Below are positions 1 through 12,995 of a stretch of DNA of 64,000 bases, piece after piece. The stretch's first letter is position 1, and every line of letters starts with the position of its first letter. Below the pieces are notes generated by a model. That model worked only from the letters and a program-made list of their open reading frames with translations. It did not search any database and was not told where the DNA came from. A program made the position numbers and the translations under genes. Source of the DNA: Octopus sinensis (Eukaryota); contig NC_043002.1 in NCBI RefSeq assembly GCF_006345805.1, positions 18,662,001 to 18,726,000 of the forward strand, read 5' to 3'.

Positions 1-147
1 GAGTCACAAAACTGGGCTTTTCCATAGTATTAATCCCAATTCATAATTTGGTGACCGACGTGAATAAAATCTGAGGATCTCGTTCCAACACAGGAGATTA
101 GATTTCAAATGTCAATCGAAACATCATTTATATATCTTTTTAATATA

Positions 148-490
148 TAATGAAATTATTGTATACAGTGCTCAGGTGCACCACAACTTGTCAGAAAGTG
201 CGTATAAAGTATATGCAGTAATGTACAAATGTATGGGAAGCGAACAGTGTATGAGTCAGATACATGCTTGTGTGTGTATGGAGGGAGAGAAAATCAGGTG
301 TGGTGTTGGCGAATCTCAAGAAGCATGGAAGTTTTGAAGGATACAGTGCTCCGACAACTAACAACTGATGCTGGCAGTTTGTTCCATGCTTCAGCAACTC
401 TCAGCGTGAAAAACTGTTTCCGAAAGTCATGGGAGCTGTGCTGTTTTCTGACTTAGTAAAATATGTCCACGGGTGTTAGACGGGTGGAGT
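148..490 (-). mobile_element. CR1/L2-type LINE 3' end fragment (family 1)
   Basis: Nearly identical to 24409-24745. The minus strand encodes the end of RT (HDFRKQFFTLRVAEAWNKLPASVV), then a 3'UTR ending at TAA-rich sequence. Confidence 0.8.
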
Positions 491-639
491 ATATTTGGAT
501 CCTAAAAGAGGAAGATTTACTCAAACTAGGGCGGGAGATGTGCTATGTTACGATTTGGGATCTTTTCAAGTTCAGATCCACGATTTGTCTGATATTCAAT
601 GTTTTAACATCCATGAATCGTGGCACAAATTGCTAGTTA

Positions 640-2110
640 TTGCTTAGCCCATTGATTAAGGACAACGACCACGATATGTCCTAGCTTTCTCATAGACATA
701 AAGTATGTAGGACTACATCATTCAGTATGAATCTTCTTTCTTAAAACAGTAGGGTATAATCTGAATAAGATTTTGGCCGTTATTTCAAACAGATTCAACG
801 ACCACGCAGTTCATTCATAGATGCATACATTAATAAATCAACCGATTAAATAGGTCTAGGATCAGTAACACTTGAGCTATGACCATTCCAGCTTTTTCGT
901 CATACACAGCATATCTAGGACCATATTATCCAATTAATCCTTCTATTTTTTAAACGGTTAGATGAAATAGGGAGATTTGGTTGCTATTTCTAGCTGACCG
1001 AGGATCCATTGATTCCTGCTGATGAGGAAAAAGATGACATTTCCTTGAACAAGTGTCACATGTTGGTAGCTGGAAGGTCAAGGAAAATATAAAATGATGC
1101 AAGGACACAGAGAGAATTGTTAATTCACAGGTGAGACATTAAAAAAAATAGAGTTGACAAAAATCACAATACGATAAATTGCAAACCCATCCGACCCATT
1201 GCAAGAAAAATAATTGTTAAAACGATGAGCCAGCGATGGAGGCCCTTATGCAGTTGTTCCACCTGCAAGAAATAGCAGTCAAATCTTCTTTAAATTACTT
1301 ATTGTACCATTTAAAAAAGGACACATAGTTCTCAATACCCTATGTCTGAAAACAAAAAAAAAAAAATAGATAGGGCTGGAATGCTTCTGTTAGACGAGGG
1401 TTGACTTAAGGGACAAAAAGGCAGGCCCTTTCAATCTACTTAGAAAACTTAAAATGTTGATACGCATACACAAGCAGTCTTTTATCAGCTCCATCCTGGG
1501 TTTTCGTTTGGTAATATTTTCCTCTGATTCATTTCTTAAGTTCTAATTCATATTGTTCAGCCCCAAGTATCCCACCCATGATCATCTCGTATATTTTCTT
1601 CCAGGTAGTGTGCACCGACGACCAAATTATGCAATTCGTATCTTTTCCTTTACAAGATAGTAAGGATGCTGTACGAGGTAGATTTGGCTGCTATTTCTAG
1701 CTGGGCGAACGAATGTCGACAGTCTTTGTTGGTTTGCCGAAATCAATTTCGCTTACCATCAAGTGTAATTTTACCCAAGTTAATCCTGATCTATCAGATA
1801 TGTAAACAAAGGATTTTCGTTCCAGCTGCGAAAATTCCGCCTTTAAATGCGATTTAATGTATCAAATATGTCCTTCCCTTTTTGGGAGCAATTGGCTGTT
1901 ATTCAAGGAAGATTTGGCTGCTATTTCAAGCAGGTTGAACAGCCTGATCCAACGAGGGAGCTTCAACGCAAAAACATTCCCACAAATTATTTTCTGAAAG
2001 GATAATTTAGTAAATGTAATCCTGCATAATCATAAAAAAGAAGGGATGGTCACGGCCGGTATGCTACATGACCATAGGTCTGCCCGAGTAGGGCTGGACG
2101 ACTACATGAG
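640..2110. repeat. Cluster of old, diverged SINE-like fragments (motif GATTTGGCTGCTATTTCTAGC)
   Basis: The motif recurs at about 770, 975, 1270 (reverse), 1680 and 1910. It recurs again at 5.7-6.1, 10.1, 14.4, 36.3, 46.4 and 49.3 kb with shared flanks. Confidence 0.6.
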
Positions 2111-2439
2111 GTCTCCTTTTTTTTTGGTTCGCACGTTACAATGTCTTACATGTACTTGCATACATATGACGCCTTCGCTTCCATTTCTATCCGTTAGTCT
2201 TTTATTTCATTACTACTTCACATCCAGTTATATTGGGTCAGCTTGTTGACTGGGAAATTTACCATTGACAGAGGCTCCTACATATTTACACTAACTTTAC
2301 TTTCTTTTTTTTTTGTTCACCTTGTCATTCAATCCTTTCACACACACACACACACACTAACACACGCAGAGCAACACTAATGCGTGTGCCCCACCTCTCT
2401 CTCTCTCTCTTTTGTCCATGAACTTCAAAATTCAAAACC

Positions 2440-3624
2440 TTACCCGGACGTTTCCGCTTCCAGTCTGCCTATTCTTAAACCATGTCCATAAAACGAACCA
2501 GTTCACTTACCTACTACCATCTTTGCCCCACTTCTTTCCGTCTCTCTGTAAATCTAAAACCACAATTCTTACTTAAACTGGTGAAAATTAACATTATTCA
2601 ATAAAACAGTATTATATACAAGACTATTTTTCTTTTCATACGAGGTAAGAAATCCGTGAAGGTGTACCAGAAAAGGCAATAGGGGAAGCTACAGGAAAAA
2701 AAATGAAGAAATACTAATCTAAACTTCTCTTATCTGCGTCCACTTATCTCATATTCTTTCTCTTATACACTCAATCAGTCTTTTTATATCTCTCTTTTTC
2801 ATTTGTTTTACAGTCCATTACCTTTTTAAAATTTTTCTCTATCATTTACGTCTATATCTGTCGAAAGTTGATCTCGTTTCAGTTTGTTTTATCAGCCCAC
2901 ATCTCCTTTTCTCTCCGTAATTCATATATATATTACCTGTTTTCATGGTTTATATTTATATATAGCTGCCCTCATCACATTTGTCCTACCTCTCTTAACT
3001 CTTTTTCTGCTTTTACTGACCGCCACCCCCTCTCTTTTTTCAGCTTCCCCCCTCTCTCCATATTCTATCTATCGCATTTTTTACATAATATCCCTCCTTT
3101 CTTTCTATTACTTTCTTTCTCTCTATTTGACATACACCCTCCACCCCCACAGAGACTTTACCTCTCTTTGTCTGTGTCTCTCTTTCACTCTCACTCTCAC
3201 ACACACATACACATACATCCTCACAAACGCGCACAGGCTTTGCATTTATTACATTAAACTTATTATTCCTTCTCCTTCTCTTTGTCTGTCTGTCAATCTA
3301 CACTCTTTTAACATTTCAATTTCTCTGATTATATTTTTCTTTCGCTCTTTGCACACATACATACATACATACATACATACATACATACATACATACACAC
3401 ACACTCTTCCGCTTCAATTTCGCTTTTTATTCTTTCTTTCTTTCTTTCTTTTTCTCTCTCCCTTCCCTTCCCCCTCTCTCTCAGTATTTCCTTCACTCTC
3501 CCTTTCTCTCTCCCCGCCTCTTTTCCGCCTTTCTTCTGACAGATCTCAATTCTGTCGCCACAATTCTACATAACTTTTAATTGGGAGCTGAACCGAAATT
3601 CCTAGTTTAGTTACCGAGGTAAGT
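2440..3624 (+). promoter_or_regulatory. Candidate promoter and first non-coding exon(s)
   Basis: CpG-retaining region with ETS-like TTCCG/CCGGA motifs near 2445-2460. Strong donors at CGAG|GTAAGA (intron starts 2645) and CGAG|GTAAGT (intron starts 3619). Inference only; no transcript data. Confidence 0.4.
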
Positions 3625-4407
3625 TTGTAATCTTTAAAAATATTTATGAAAACAACAGAAACGAACTTCACTTATCATCAAACAATTCATTTAATTTTTC
3701 CTACTTCAACAAACTTTTTTTTTTCCGTTTTCATTTTTCCTTCACGTTCACTTATAAGGATTCTTGGCCGGCTTTTAACTTTGTTTCGTGTAAAAAATGG
3801 CACATCCAGGAACTGTTGCTTTGCGTTTGCATTAAACAATATGGTTTTTATTCGTTATATCTTCATACGAAATTTCCTATTACATCATTTATGTGTAAGT
3901 TTACTTAATGTTTGTATAATCGAATAAAACAGAACCAAAAATGGTATTTGCTCCAAATACGCTATCTCGAACGCTCGCGTGCGCGCGCACACACACACAC
4001 ACATATATATATACATGCATACGCATATACACACAGACACGCATTTAAATATACACACCTACACTATTTCTACCAGTCTGTCTGCAGCGCGTCCGCACAC
4101 ACACACATACACACACACTTTACTGTTAATTCTACCCCCAGCGTTAAGATTTGAACTAGCATTCTTGAGATTCTAAAACCAGCAGTATTCTCTTCGAAAT
4201 ACATACACACACACACACATGCATACATACTCAAAAGTGACACATTTTGCCGGCAAGCAGAGAATATGTGGTTCTATTTCCCACTGTTGATGTCAAAATT
4301 TTTTTTTTTGTTGGTCTTAAATTGTTTTCAAATAGCTAAATATTTGATATTGCTTGTACGTAATCTAGCACAACACGTTCACACACATACAAATACATAC
4401 GTACAGG

Positions 4408-4440
<33 letters not shown>

Positions 4441-6614
4441 GGTGCGCAAACCGGGACCACTCTGCGATACAAGTACCTATATATATACACACATACATTC
4501 ACAAACATCCATACATACACACAAACATGCACACATATATACACATACATGTTTAAACACACACACACACGAAATAAGTATTTTTAAATTAAGATAAAAT
4601 CAAGTCGAACATTCTCTGAAGTAAAGAAAGACACAATACGAGATTAACCGAAAGTGACTGGATTCGAAGTTTCATCAGCAAAAGTTTCTAACGGACCGTC
4701 AGCAGCGTGACTTCGAAGTCACAGTCACCAAATCCCTGTTTAATAATACTTTCACTCTGTGTGTGTGTGTGTAAATATATTGTGCACACGCTCTTTTAGC
4801 CTTTTCAATCATTATACTCTGCGGCTGTGCTGGAGCACTTTTGATCACAGACCAGTCCTGTCAGATTAGACTTGCCATTTTCTCGTGCCTATTAATTATC
4901 AAAATAGACTCTTCATTAACCATAATTCATTTACTAAAGAAGTTTGCATTTTCTGTAGGCGGCAAATAAATATTAAAGCGTGATGTTAAAAGTTTGTAAG
5001 GAAGGTAATGCAATCGGCTAAAAGCACATCAAAATATCGATTTATTTTTAAAATCTCGGCCAAAATTTAAGAATAAACTTATAGTCGACTTCGTGAACTT
5101 GATCATAATACAGGTACTTACTTAATTGGTCCCAAGCAAAAATAATGGTAAAGTCGACTGAATTGGATTTGAATTTGAAACAAAAAGTAATTAGTGAAGG
5201 GTTGGAGTATTCCAACTTCTGTAAAACAATATTCCATAAATTAGCCCATAAATTTATTAGGAGGTTATATACAGGATTGAAGCGATTATAGAATTGTACC
5301 TTGTTAGAAGGGAAGAAAGGAAATGTCTGGTTCATACATCAATTTGATCAGGATTGAACTCCGGTAATTCGAGGCTTCTTTGTCACTCAACTGTTTAACG
5401 ATGATGATATTTATAACAATGGTTTCTTGTAAAAAATATCGCAAGAACTTAAATATGTAGAGAAGACTCCTATGTTATATGTATTGTACTTATTTTGTCG
5501 ACTATCGAAATTATGACGATCTCATTTAGCCCTGATTAAGCAGGTTGATGGTGGTGAAAGGCGTTCAGCTGTGACTATGCTTTCTTATTTTCCAGACATA
5601 GTATATTTAGACGATGTGATTTCAGAATAAATCGGAAACGAAACTAATTGTTGATGCTATATCGTTTTGTGGGACTACGCCCAATGTTCTCCCGGATGCT
5701 AAGGGAGGACGTGTTGCTATCTGCGTGAAATTTGCTGTATTCTAGCAATCGAGCAACCTTTATTTCTCGGATTATCGTTGAGACCCAGGTCAAAATTATT
5801 CCATCCATCACAACGTTTTTTTGTTTATTTGTCTGGTTTTTTTTTTTAAGACAGCTTATCTAAGACTTACAGCTTTTTATCTGTCTTTAAGACGGAGAAG
5901 TGTCATTTTTAGCAGATGTGGTTGCTATTTCTAGTCAACCGAATGCCACTTGAAGGCTTCTTTGTTGGCTATTTTTTTTTATTTTTGACACTGTCAGCCC
6001 AGATTGAGCACATCTATGACCAGAACAGTTAAGCCATGGCTATCATTTCTTTTTAAGAGGAATATTAAATTCTCTTTTCCAAGAAGATGGAACGTGAGTT
6101 GAGGAAGATTTGGCTATTTCATGCAGGTCGAAAACCCTCTCTTTAACTCGTTAAGGGTTGCGGTGGGAGACAATTTGTGTCCGAGTTCAACCACTTTGAC
6201 ACAGAGGGCACTTAAAGAGCAGCTGTGACAGGACACTCAGCCGCGTGGGCGACCTCACTACCGTAAGTGGTTCCATCAGCTACAACAACCACAACCACTT
6301 TTGAAATGTCCATTGTCTGGAGTTCTCAGATGATTACAGAGAATGAAGCATGCGCAGAACAGCATTCACTTTTGAGATGGGGTTGTTTCCGAAAATTTAT
6401 TTCTTTATATCTACTTCAGTTTTTATGCTTTTCTTTTTTGTGTGTGTGTGTGTGTGTGCGTGCATGTACACACTTCATGTCAGAAGGCAGTAAATAAAAG
6501 TGTGGGTGTGTATTATTGTTTGTGTGTTTATTTTGACTTGTGGTGGGTTATAAGTAATTTTTGTTAGGAATTCTATAAAGTATGTCCTATCCTTTTCTCT
6601 TCGTTCTTCGTGCT

Positions 6615-6736
6615 GAGGACGATTGGGATCACGTGGATGAGAAAGGTGCGATCCAGAGAGGAGTGGACAGCATGCTGTGACCAGCGGTGTCAAATGGACG
6701 CCTGACGGACTGGTCGGTCAAAGTGATCAAAGTGAT
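6615..6736 (+). mobile_element. RTE-like LINE extreme 3' end with (CAAAGTGAT)n tail
   Basis: Near-identical copy at 27260-27381. Reads TWMRKVRSREEWTACCDQRCQMDA*, matching the W..A.R..W terminus of RTE ORFs, then a tandem tail. Confidence 0.65.
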
Positions 6737-6889
6737 GTCCTATCCATCTAATGTTTTCTTGTCCAGTTTTGGTTTGTATCATAGTTGCAGGCGTGGCTGT
6801 ATGGTTAAGAATTATGCTTCCTAACTAGACAGTGTCGGTTCTGCTCCATTATGTGGCACCTTGGGAAAGTGTCAAATGGACTTATTTCA

Positions 6890-7541
6890 TACTATTCTTT
6901 ATTTTTGAGATGAGGAATTATGTACATTATTTACAATGGACGGATAGCATTAAGAAAAGATAACTACTAGGCTTATAAGCCCTAAAATTCACTCTATAAT
7001 TGCCCACAGGCATATAGCATCTCTATATATATAAACGGCAAAATGTCTGTGTGTGTGTATATCCTTTATACAAATCCACAATTTTTCAGTTTGAGGGCTC
7101 GCACTTTCTATGGGCATTCAAAACCGTCCAAAGGTGGTCATGCACATCTTTACATTTCCCCAGTCACCCCGCAAAGCCATTAAAAAATCAATAGAAGTGA
7201 CCTTTTTGTGAATTTTCTATCCAAAACCCAATCAAAATGCCCGAAACTTGATACGCCAATTGAATGCCAGCTAGCTGTATGTGATTGGTCGGAGATATGG
7301 ACAGTAGTGCGCATGCACTAGCACTATAACCCGGCGTTGCCGGGTCATAGTGCTAGTAATGGATGAGAGCAGAAAAATAACATACCCTACGAATGAGAAC
7401 AATGTACCCCATTAGTCAAATAAAGGGTTGGGTTCAAAATTCCACCAGAACACCTGATGAAGGCTGGAGAGTACATCAGCTGAAACATGATAACAACAAA
7501 CAAGATGAGGACACCTATCCGTCCTTTGTAAATAATGTAGA
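6890..7541 (+). mobile_element. Degenerate copy of the tRNA-head/hammerhead inverted-arm element, split by a Helitron
   Basis: 6893-6945 is the reverse complement of the arm terminus at 56802-56846. The tRNA-like head (GGCATATAGCA|TAATGG) is split at 7019/7357. CTGATGA at 7454-7460, GGCTG..CAGCT stem, GAAAC at 7482-7486. Confidence 0.7.
7020..7356 (+). mobile_element. Non-autonomous Helitron
   Basis: Starts TCTCTATATATATAAA and ends with hairpin ACCCGGC-GTT-GCCGGGT then CTAG. Inserted between A7019 and T7357 with no TSD; removing it restores the host element. Confidence 0.85.
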
Positions 7542-8235
7542 CGTTTCAGTTTCTGTCTGCCAAATCCACTCACAAGCTTTGGACTGTGTGTGTGTGTGTG
7601 TGTCTTCTCTTGACATCACGTGATTGTTGTGAACGAATGTCATTCGTTTACAATATTCCAATATTCTGCAAAAACATGTGTGGCTGTGGGGGAAATATTA
7701 CCATGCTTTGAAACATGTCAGGTGGAGTATCTGGCAGTAGCGAATTTGCCTCAATAAACTCTGTCCACCCAAGCAAGCATGGATGGACATTGAAACGATA
7801 TCAGTGGTAGTGCTGTTTGGAAAACTTTCTGCATCCAAGATGGTTTCTTCTAAGAAAGTGTCACTTTTGTCTTGTATGTACTGTTTGATGAAATCACCCA
7901 ATTGGTAAAGAATCTTGCGTGTTGGTGTATTTCTTGGAAATATTTTGGGCCTAAGGGTATTGTTTTGTTTTGTGTATTTTCATTGTCATTGATTGTACTG
8001 GAGGGAATTCTCTTTCACTACAAGAAAACAAAGGATCATTTATCCCTGTAATTAGTTTACTTAGTTCAATTTTTAATTATATGGTATTTTTTTCTAAATC
8101 CTTACAAATTCGTAATATCGAATAGATTGTTAGTTTTTGCAGTATATATTTGTTTTTATCCATAATTGCAAACATATCACTAATATCACTATTACATTTT
8201 TCATGTTGCTTTTAATTTTATCTAAATTATGCAGT

Positions 8236-8500
8236 GTGTGGAGGCACGTAACTTAGTGGTTAGGGTGACAGCATCATGATCGTAAGATTGTGGTTTTGAT
8301 TCCTGGACCGGGTGACGCAGTGTGTTCTTGAGCAAGACACTTCATTTCACGTTGCTCCAGTCCACTCAGCTGGCAAAAATGAGTAACGCTGCAATGGACT
8401 GACGTCCCGTCCAGCTGGGGAACACATACGCCATAGAAACCAGGAAACCGGGCCCATGAGCCTGGCTACGCTTTAAAAAAGGCGCATTTATTTTTTTATT
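8236..8500 (+). mobile_element. tRNA-derived SINE with CORE-like middle (family G)
   Basis: A/B-box head and TTCTTGAGCAAGACACTT CORE-like segment. 13-bp TSD TAAATTATGCAGT at 8223-8235 and 8501-8513. Confidence 0.85.
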
Positions 8501-8540
8501 TAAATTATGCAGTACTTATTTTAGTTTCCTGTTGAGCAGT

Positions 8541-8571
<31 letters not shown>

Positions 8572-9442
8572 CTCTTTTTTTTTGTACAAGCATCTATTTT
8601 TAATGCATTCAAAGTAAAATATATAAAAGAAAAGCTGCTCCGCCTAAACAATTATAGATATACATGCATATATACACACACACACACATGCCTACATTTA
8701 TCCCTTTCTTCATTCATACTTAACTGTTTGTTCTCTACATAACATAGCTGAAGGAGGTAGGGCGGTGTCAGTAACATAATGCAAAGCCTCTCTGACTGCT
8801 GGGACGGAAGGGAAGAACTGAACACCAGACTGGAATGCTTGGAACAATGGACTTAGCTAAAGCTAAAAACACCCACAAACTTGGGTGTTAAACTTTTAAC
8901 AAGTATGACAGCTATGTAAATGAAGATGTGGGCGGTTTAATAAATGTAAACCTGATATTGTGACCTATTTCTTTAGAACAAATTGTCTTATGAATACATA
9001 TGTCTGTGTTTATATGTTCATACATATGTGCATATGTACATCATCATCATCATCGTTTAATGTCCATTGTCCATGCTGGCATGGATTGGACTGTTTGACC
9101 AGGGTTGGTAAACTGAGGGCCTGCACCAGACTCCAATCTGATTTTGCATGGTTTCTGCAGTTGGATGCCCTTCCTAACGCAAACCACTCCAAGAGTGTAA
9201 TCATACATATATATATATATACATTGTTTAGCATCCACTTTTCCATACTTGCATGGGTCGGCTGATTTTATTTAGGCAGATCTTCTATGGTTGCATGCCC
9301 TTCCTGTCACCAACCCTCACTGTTTCCAAGCAAAGTAATATTCTTCCATGGCCAGATATGATTTCATGGAAGATTGAAAATGAAGGACACCACTTATAAG
9401 ATGACATTCATTTTTACAACTACTATATGGTGTCATATATGT

Positions 9443-9749
9443 TGCCAGCCTCTCGGCCGTTGCCAGCCTCGGGCCGTTGCCAGCCTTGTCTGGCCCCCGT
9501 GCCGGTGGCACGTAAAAAGCACCATCCAATTGTGGCCGTTTGCCAGACTCGTCTAGCACCTGTGCCAGTGGCACGTAAAAAGCACCCACTACACTCACAG
9601 AGTGGTTGGCATTAGGAAGGGCATCCAGCCGTAGAAACATTGCCAGATCAGACTGGGCCTGATGCAGCCTTCTGGCTTCCCAGACCCCAGTTGAACCATC
9701 CAATCCATGCTAGCATGGAAAGCGGACGCTAAACGATGATGATGATGAT
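9443..9749 (+). mobile_element. RTE LINE 3'UTR fragment (family B), (GAT)n tail
   Basis: Same sequence as the 3'UTR of the RTE at 34131-34560. Other copies at about 9040-9200(-), 16335-16531(+), 20340-20640(+), 21091-21300(-), 29095-29325(+), 37125-37273(-), 41710-41967(-), 46081-46292(+), 55690-55972(+). Confidence 0.85.
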
Positions 9750-9796
9750 ATATATATATGTATATGTGTATATATATATATATATAATGGAAATCA

Positions 9797-9967
9797 ACAT
9801 CATCATCGTTTAACGTCCGCTTTCCATGCTAGCATTGGTTGGATGATTTGACTGAGGTCTGGTGAACCAGATGGCTGCACCAGACTCCAATCTGATCTGG
9901 CAGAGTTTCTACAGCTGGATGCCCTTCCTAATGCCAACCACTCCGAGAGTGTAGTGGGTGCTTTTAC
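9797..9967 (-). mobile_element. RTE 3'UTR fragment (family B), inverted relative to the adjacent copy
   Basis: CATCATCATCGTTTAACGTCC...GTGGGTGCTTTTAC is the reverse complement of 9574-9749. Confidence 0.85.
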
Positions 9968-11354
9968 AAATATAAGTTATGCAAATATATATATATATAT
10001 ATATATGTAATCAAATCTTAATGTAGGCTAAATTTTACAGTCAGGCAAACAAGTCCCCCACTCCTACTTTGTGCAGTTACTCAACTTCCTAGAAATAGCT
10101 ACCAAAATTTCCTCAAACCTCACCTTGCTGTTCAAAAAATAATGGAAGCAAGCATTCAGTAACGTAGTCAATTTCCTAAAAAGATCGATGTGATGGCCAC
10201 AGCTGACATATCTGGTTATAGATCTCTTGGATCAATGTTCATCTGGGACTAAACGTTGCATAATGTATTCCACAGAAGTGTATAAGAGATTATTGTATCT
10301 TATATTCCATAGAGATTGTGTGTGTATGTGCAAGCGTGCACACATATATTTTCACCCTTTATTTACCATTGACCACACCTCTACACTTATTCATCATTCC
10401 CTATGTTGAATGCTTCTACTCCATCCTTAACTATCTGGCCATATTCTCTCTTATATTCACCTACTTTCTATAGCAAGACACTTGTGCCTCTCCTCTCTCT
10501 TACTTTAGACTCTCAGCACCTAAGATAAAGGCACCTCTCTCTATCTGTCTCTCTCTTTCTCTGTCTCTGTCTCTCTGTTTCTCTCTCTGTCTCTGTCTCT
10601 CTGTTACAACCTTGGTTTCAGGTTCAATCCCACTGCATGGCATGATGAGCAAATATCTTCTACATCCTGGGACAACCAAACCCCTTGCAAGTGGATTTGT
10701 TAAATGAAAACTGAAAGAAGCTTATTGCATAATATATGCACATATATGTATGTGCATGCACACACACACACACACCACATATATATATATATATGCATGT
10801 ATATATGTATATGAGTGTTTGTCTGTGTTTACCCTCGTCCTGTCATCATGTATTGGTTGTAAATGAGTATGACTGTCATATAAACGATGTCCTTCATTTT
10901 CTGTCATTTGTGAAAAATCTGTTTGGCCACGGGGGAAATATTACCTTGCTTGAAAACTAGTGAGAGTTGGTGACAAGAAGGGCATCTGACCATAGAAAAA
11001 TCTACCTCTATGTATTTTGTTTGGCCCATACAGTTGTAGCATAGCTGATATCCTCACTGTTTGAGAGATATATTAGAAATGATCTCGTGTTAGATAACAA
11101 CCATCTTCGGCTATTTTGACCCTGTTGTGTCCACTGCTCTGATTGGTTGGCATTGGCGCAGTTTGTCTCTTGACTTATTTCGTGCCAGTGTGTAAGCCAA
11201 CCAATCGCAGCCTTCGGATAAGGTCCTGTGACACTGTTTTTCTTATGCCTTGCTTGAGCCTACCTCAGGCTTTATAAGGCTTCAGCATTCACGATATAAG
11301 GTCTTTGGTTCCAGTCCTTTTCAGGACTAACCTCTGACCACAGAGCGACTCAGC

Positions 11355-11700
11355 CAATTCCAGTTCCAGGGATGTAAATGCCTTTTTTTTTTTAATTAGT
11401 GAAAAGGTGAATATTCATACCCATTTGTCTTGAAACTTATGACTCTACTCACTGTATAAATTGACATTTGTATCCATAGTCATTGGTACACTTGGTTGTG
11501 TTAGTAAGTATCTTGGAAACAACTGCAAAAAGATGGAGTTTCTAGGTGAAGAAAGAGATCATCCAACTCATATTCAGCAAATCCATTCTGTAAATGGAGC
11601 AGTGAAAATGCACAAGACTTTATCTAACTTTCAACATGTAACTCTCTTTATTCTTGTTTCTCATCTAAATTCTTGTGGTAGGGTGCTGTTTGGTTTAGTT
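11355..11700 (+). pseudogene. Remnant of a restriction-like endonuclease C-terminus (R4/HERO-type non-LTR element)
   Basis: ORF 11461 reads FVSIVIGTLGCVSKYL...QIHSVNGAVKMHKTLSNF, resembling the PIVIGALG..L..Q..S..GT.KI pattern of RLE-LINE termini. A decayed EK..Y-like motif lies upstream. Confidence 0.5.
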
Positions 11701-11796
11701 AAAAGAAAAACGGTTTCTTTCTGGAAGAATTTAAAGAATTGTAACTTAAACAGACACTCCCACATATATATGTATATATATATATATATATTATAT

Positions 11797-11828
<32 letters not shown>

Positions 11829-12118
11829 GGCACACACACATTTGCATGCATACACATGCACTCTTACATAGACACTGCATATACATGTATATATAAATAG
11901 TAATGTCAGCAGCAGGCAGACTTTGAGTAAAATAGTTATAAATTCCTCCCAAGATACCAACAGCAATATCAAATAACAGAGCTGTGGTGTTCCTGCTATG
12001 GGTCTATTCCCTTCATATCAAGCCTAAAATATTTGCTTCCTTCTCCCCATCTTGTCTCTTTCTGTTAAACACCTTACCCAATTCTCTGCCTCTCCCTCGC
12101 TTTCTACCCCCCTTCTCT

Positions 12119-12173
<55 letters not shown>

Positions 12174-12995
12174 CTTTCTCTTCACTGCCTCACATTACAC
12201 TCATTGGTAAGTAGGAGTGTCAGGGTGATCACCAGGCCTTCTATAAAAAAAGAAAATAGCAGCTTAATCTTTCTTTTACTGTCTTAAAAAAAAAGTAGAA
12301 GGACATACTAAATAATGTAGACCTGGGATAAACCATCTGAAGCAACTGGAGGTGGGGTTTATGGCTGGAATGCCTTGGATCCTTGAAGTGTTCACCCAGG
12401 ATTGACTTGAGGTTAAATAACTACAGTTACAGACTTTGGTAGTTGCTGAGAAGGCAGTAGTCTTTGGGAAGAGACTGTTGTACCTTGATTCATTACAGCC
12501 GAGCTGTCAGGCAAAAAGAGGCCATGTTTGAAGGTTTCTCTCTTCCCTCTCTCTCCCATCTATCTATTTATCTATCACTTTTTCTCTCATTCTTCAAACT
12601 CAAGTAAGGAACCCACAGTTCTTCTCCCACCACCTACAGTCCCTATAGGCCCCTTTCCACTTTTGTTTGTATTTTCAACCTATCATATTTCCTGTTCCCT
12701 CATCTTGGGTTTTAGATGGGTTGGCAGGCCTTATCTTTAAAACATATCAGTTTTAGGTGTATATGAATTTTTGTGAGTATGTACCTATCCCAATCTCTGT
12801 GTGTGTGTCTGTGTCTGTGTGTGTGTGGTGTGTGTGTGTGTGTGTGTGTGTGTGTGGAAGGTAAAATTACAAAGCCAGAAAATGTCTGCTACACCAACAG
12901 TTAAGACATTCTTTTGGGATCTATTCTTAGTTCCTTTTGCTTATTACTTTCTTCCATTTAAGTTCATTTTATGCCTTCTGCCCCACCCCGAAACT

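Noticed and set aside
1012-1062. Hammerhead-like CTGATGA-GGAAA..TTTCC-TTGAAC
   Set aside because: The GAAA box is broken and helices I and III are not convincing; at most a dead relic.
2868-4568. Long ORFs up to 229 aa
   Set aside because: They are built from CT/CA/TACA microsatellites and pyrimidine tracts, are low complexity and have no recognisable domain.
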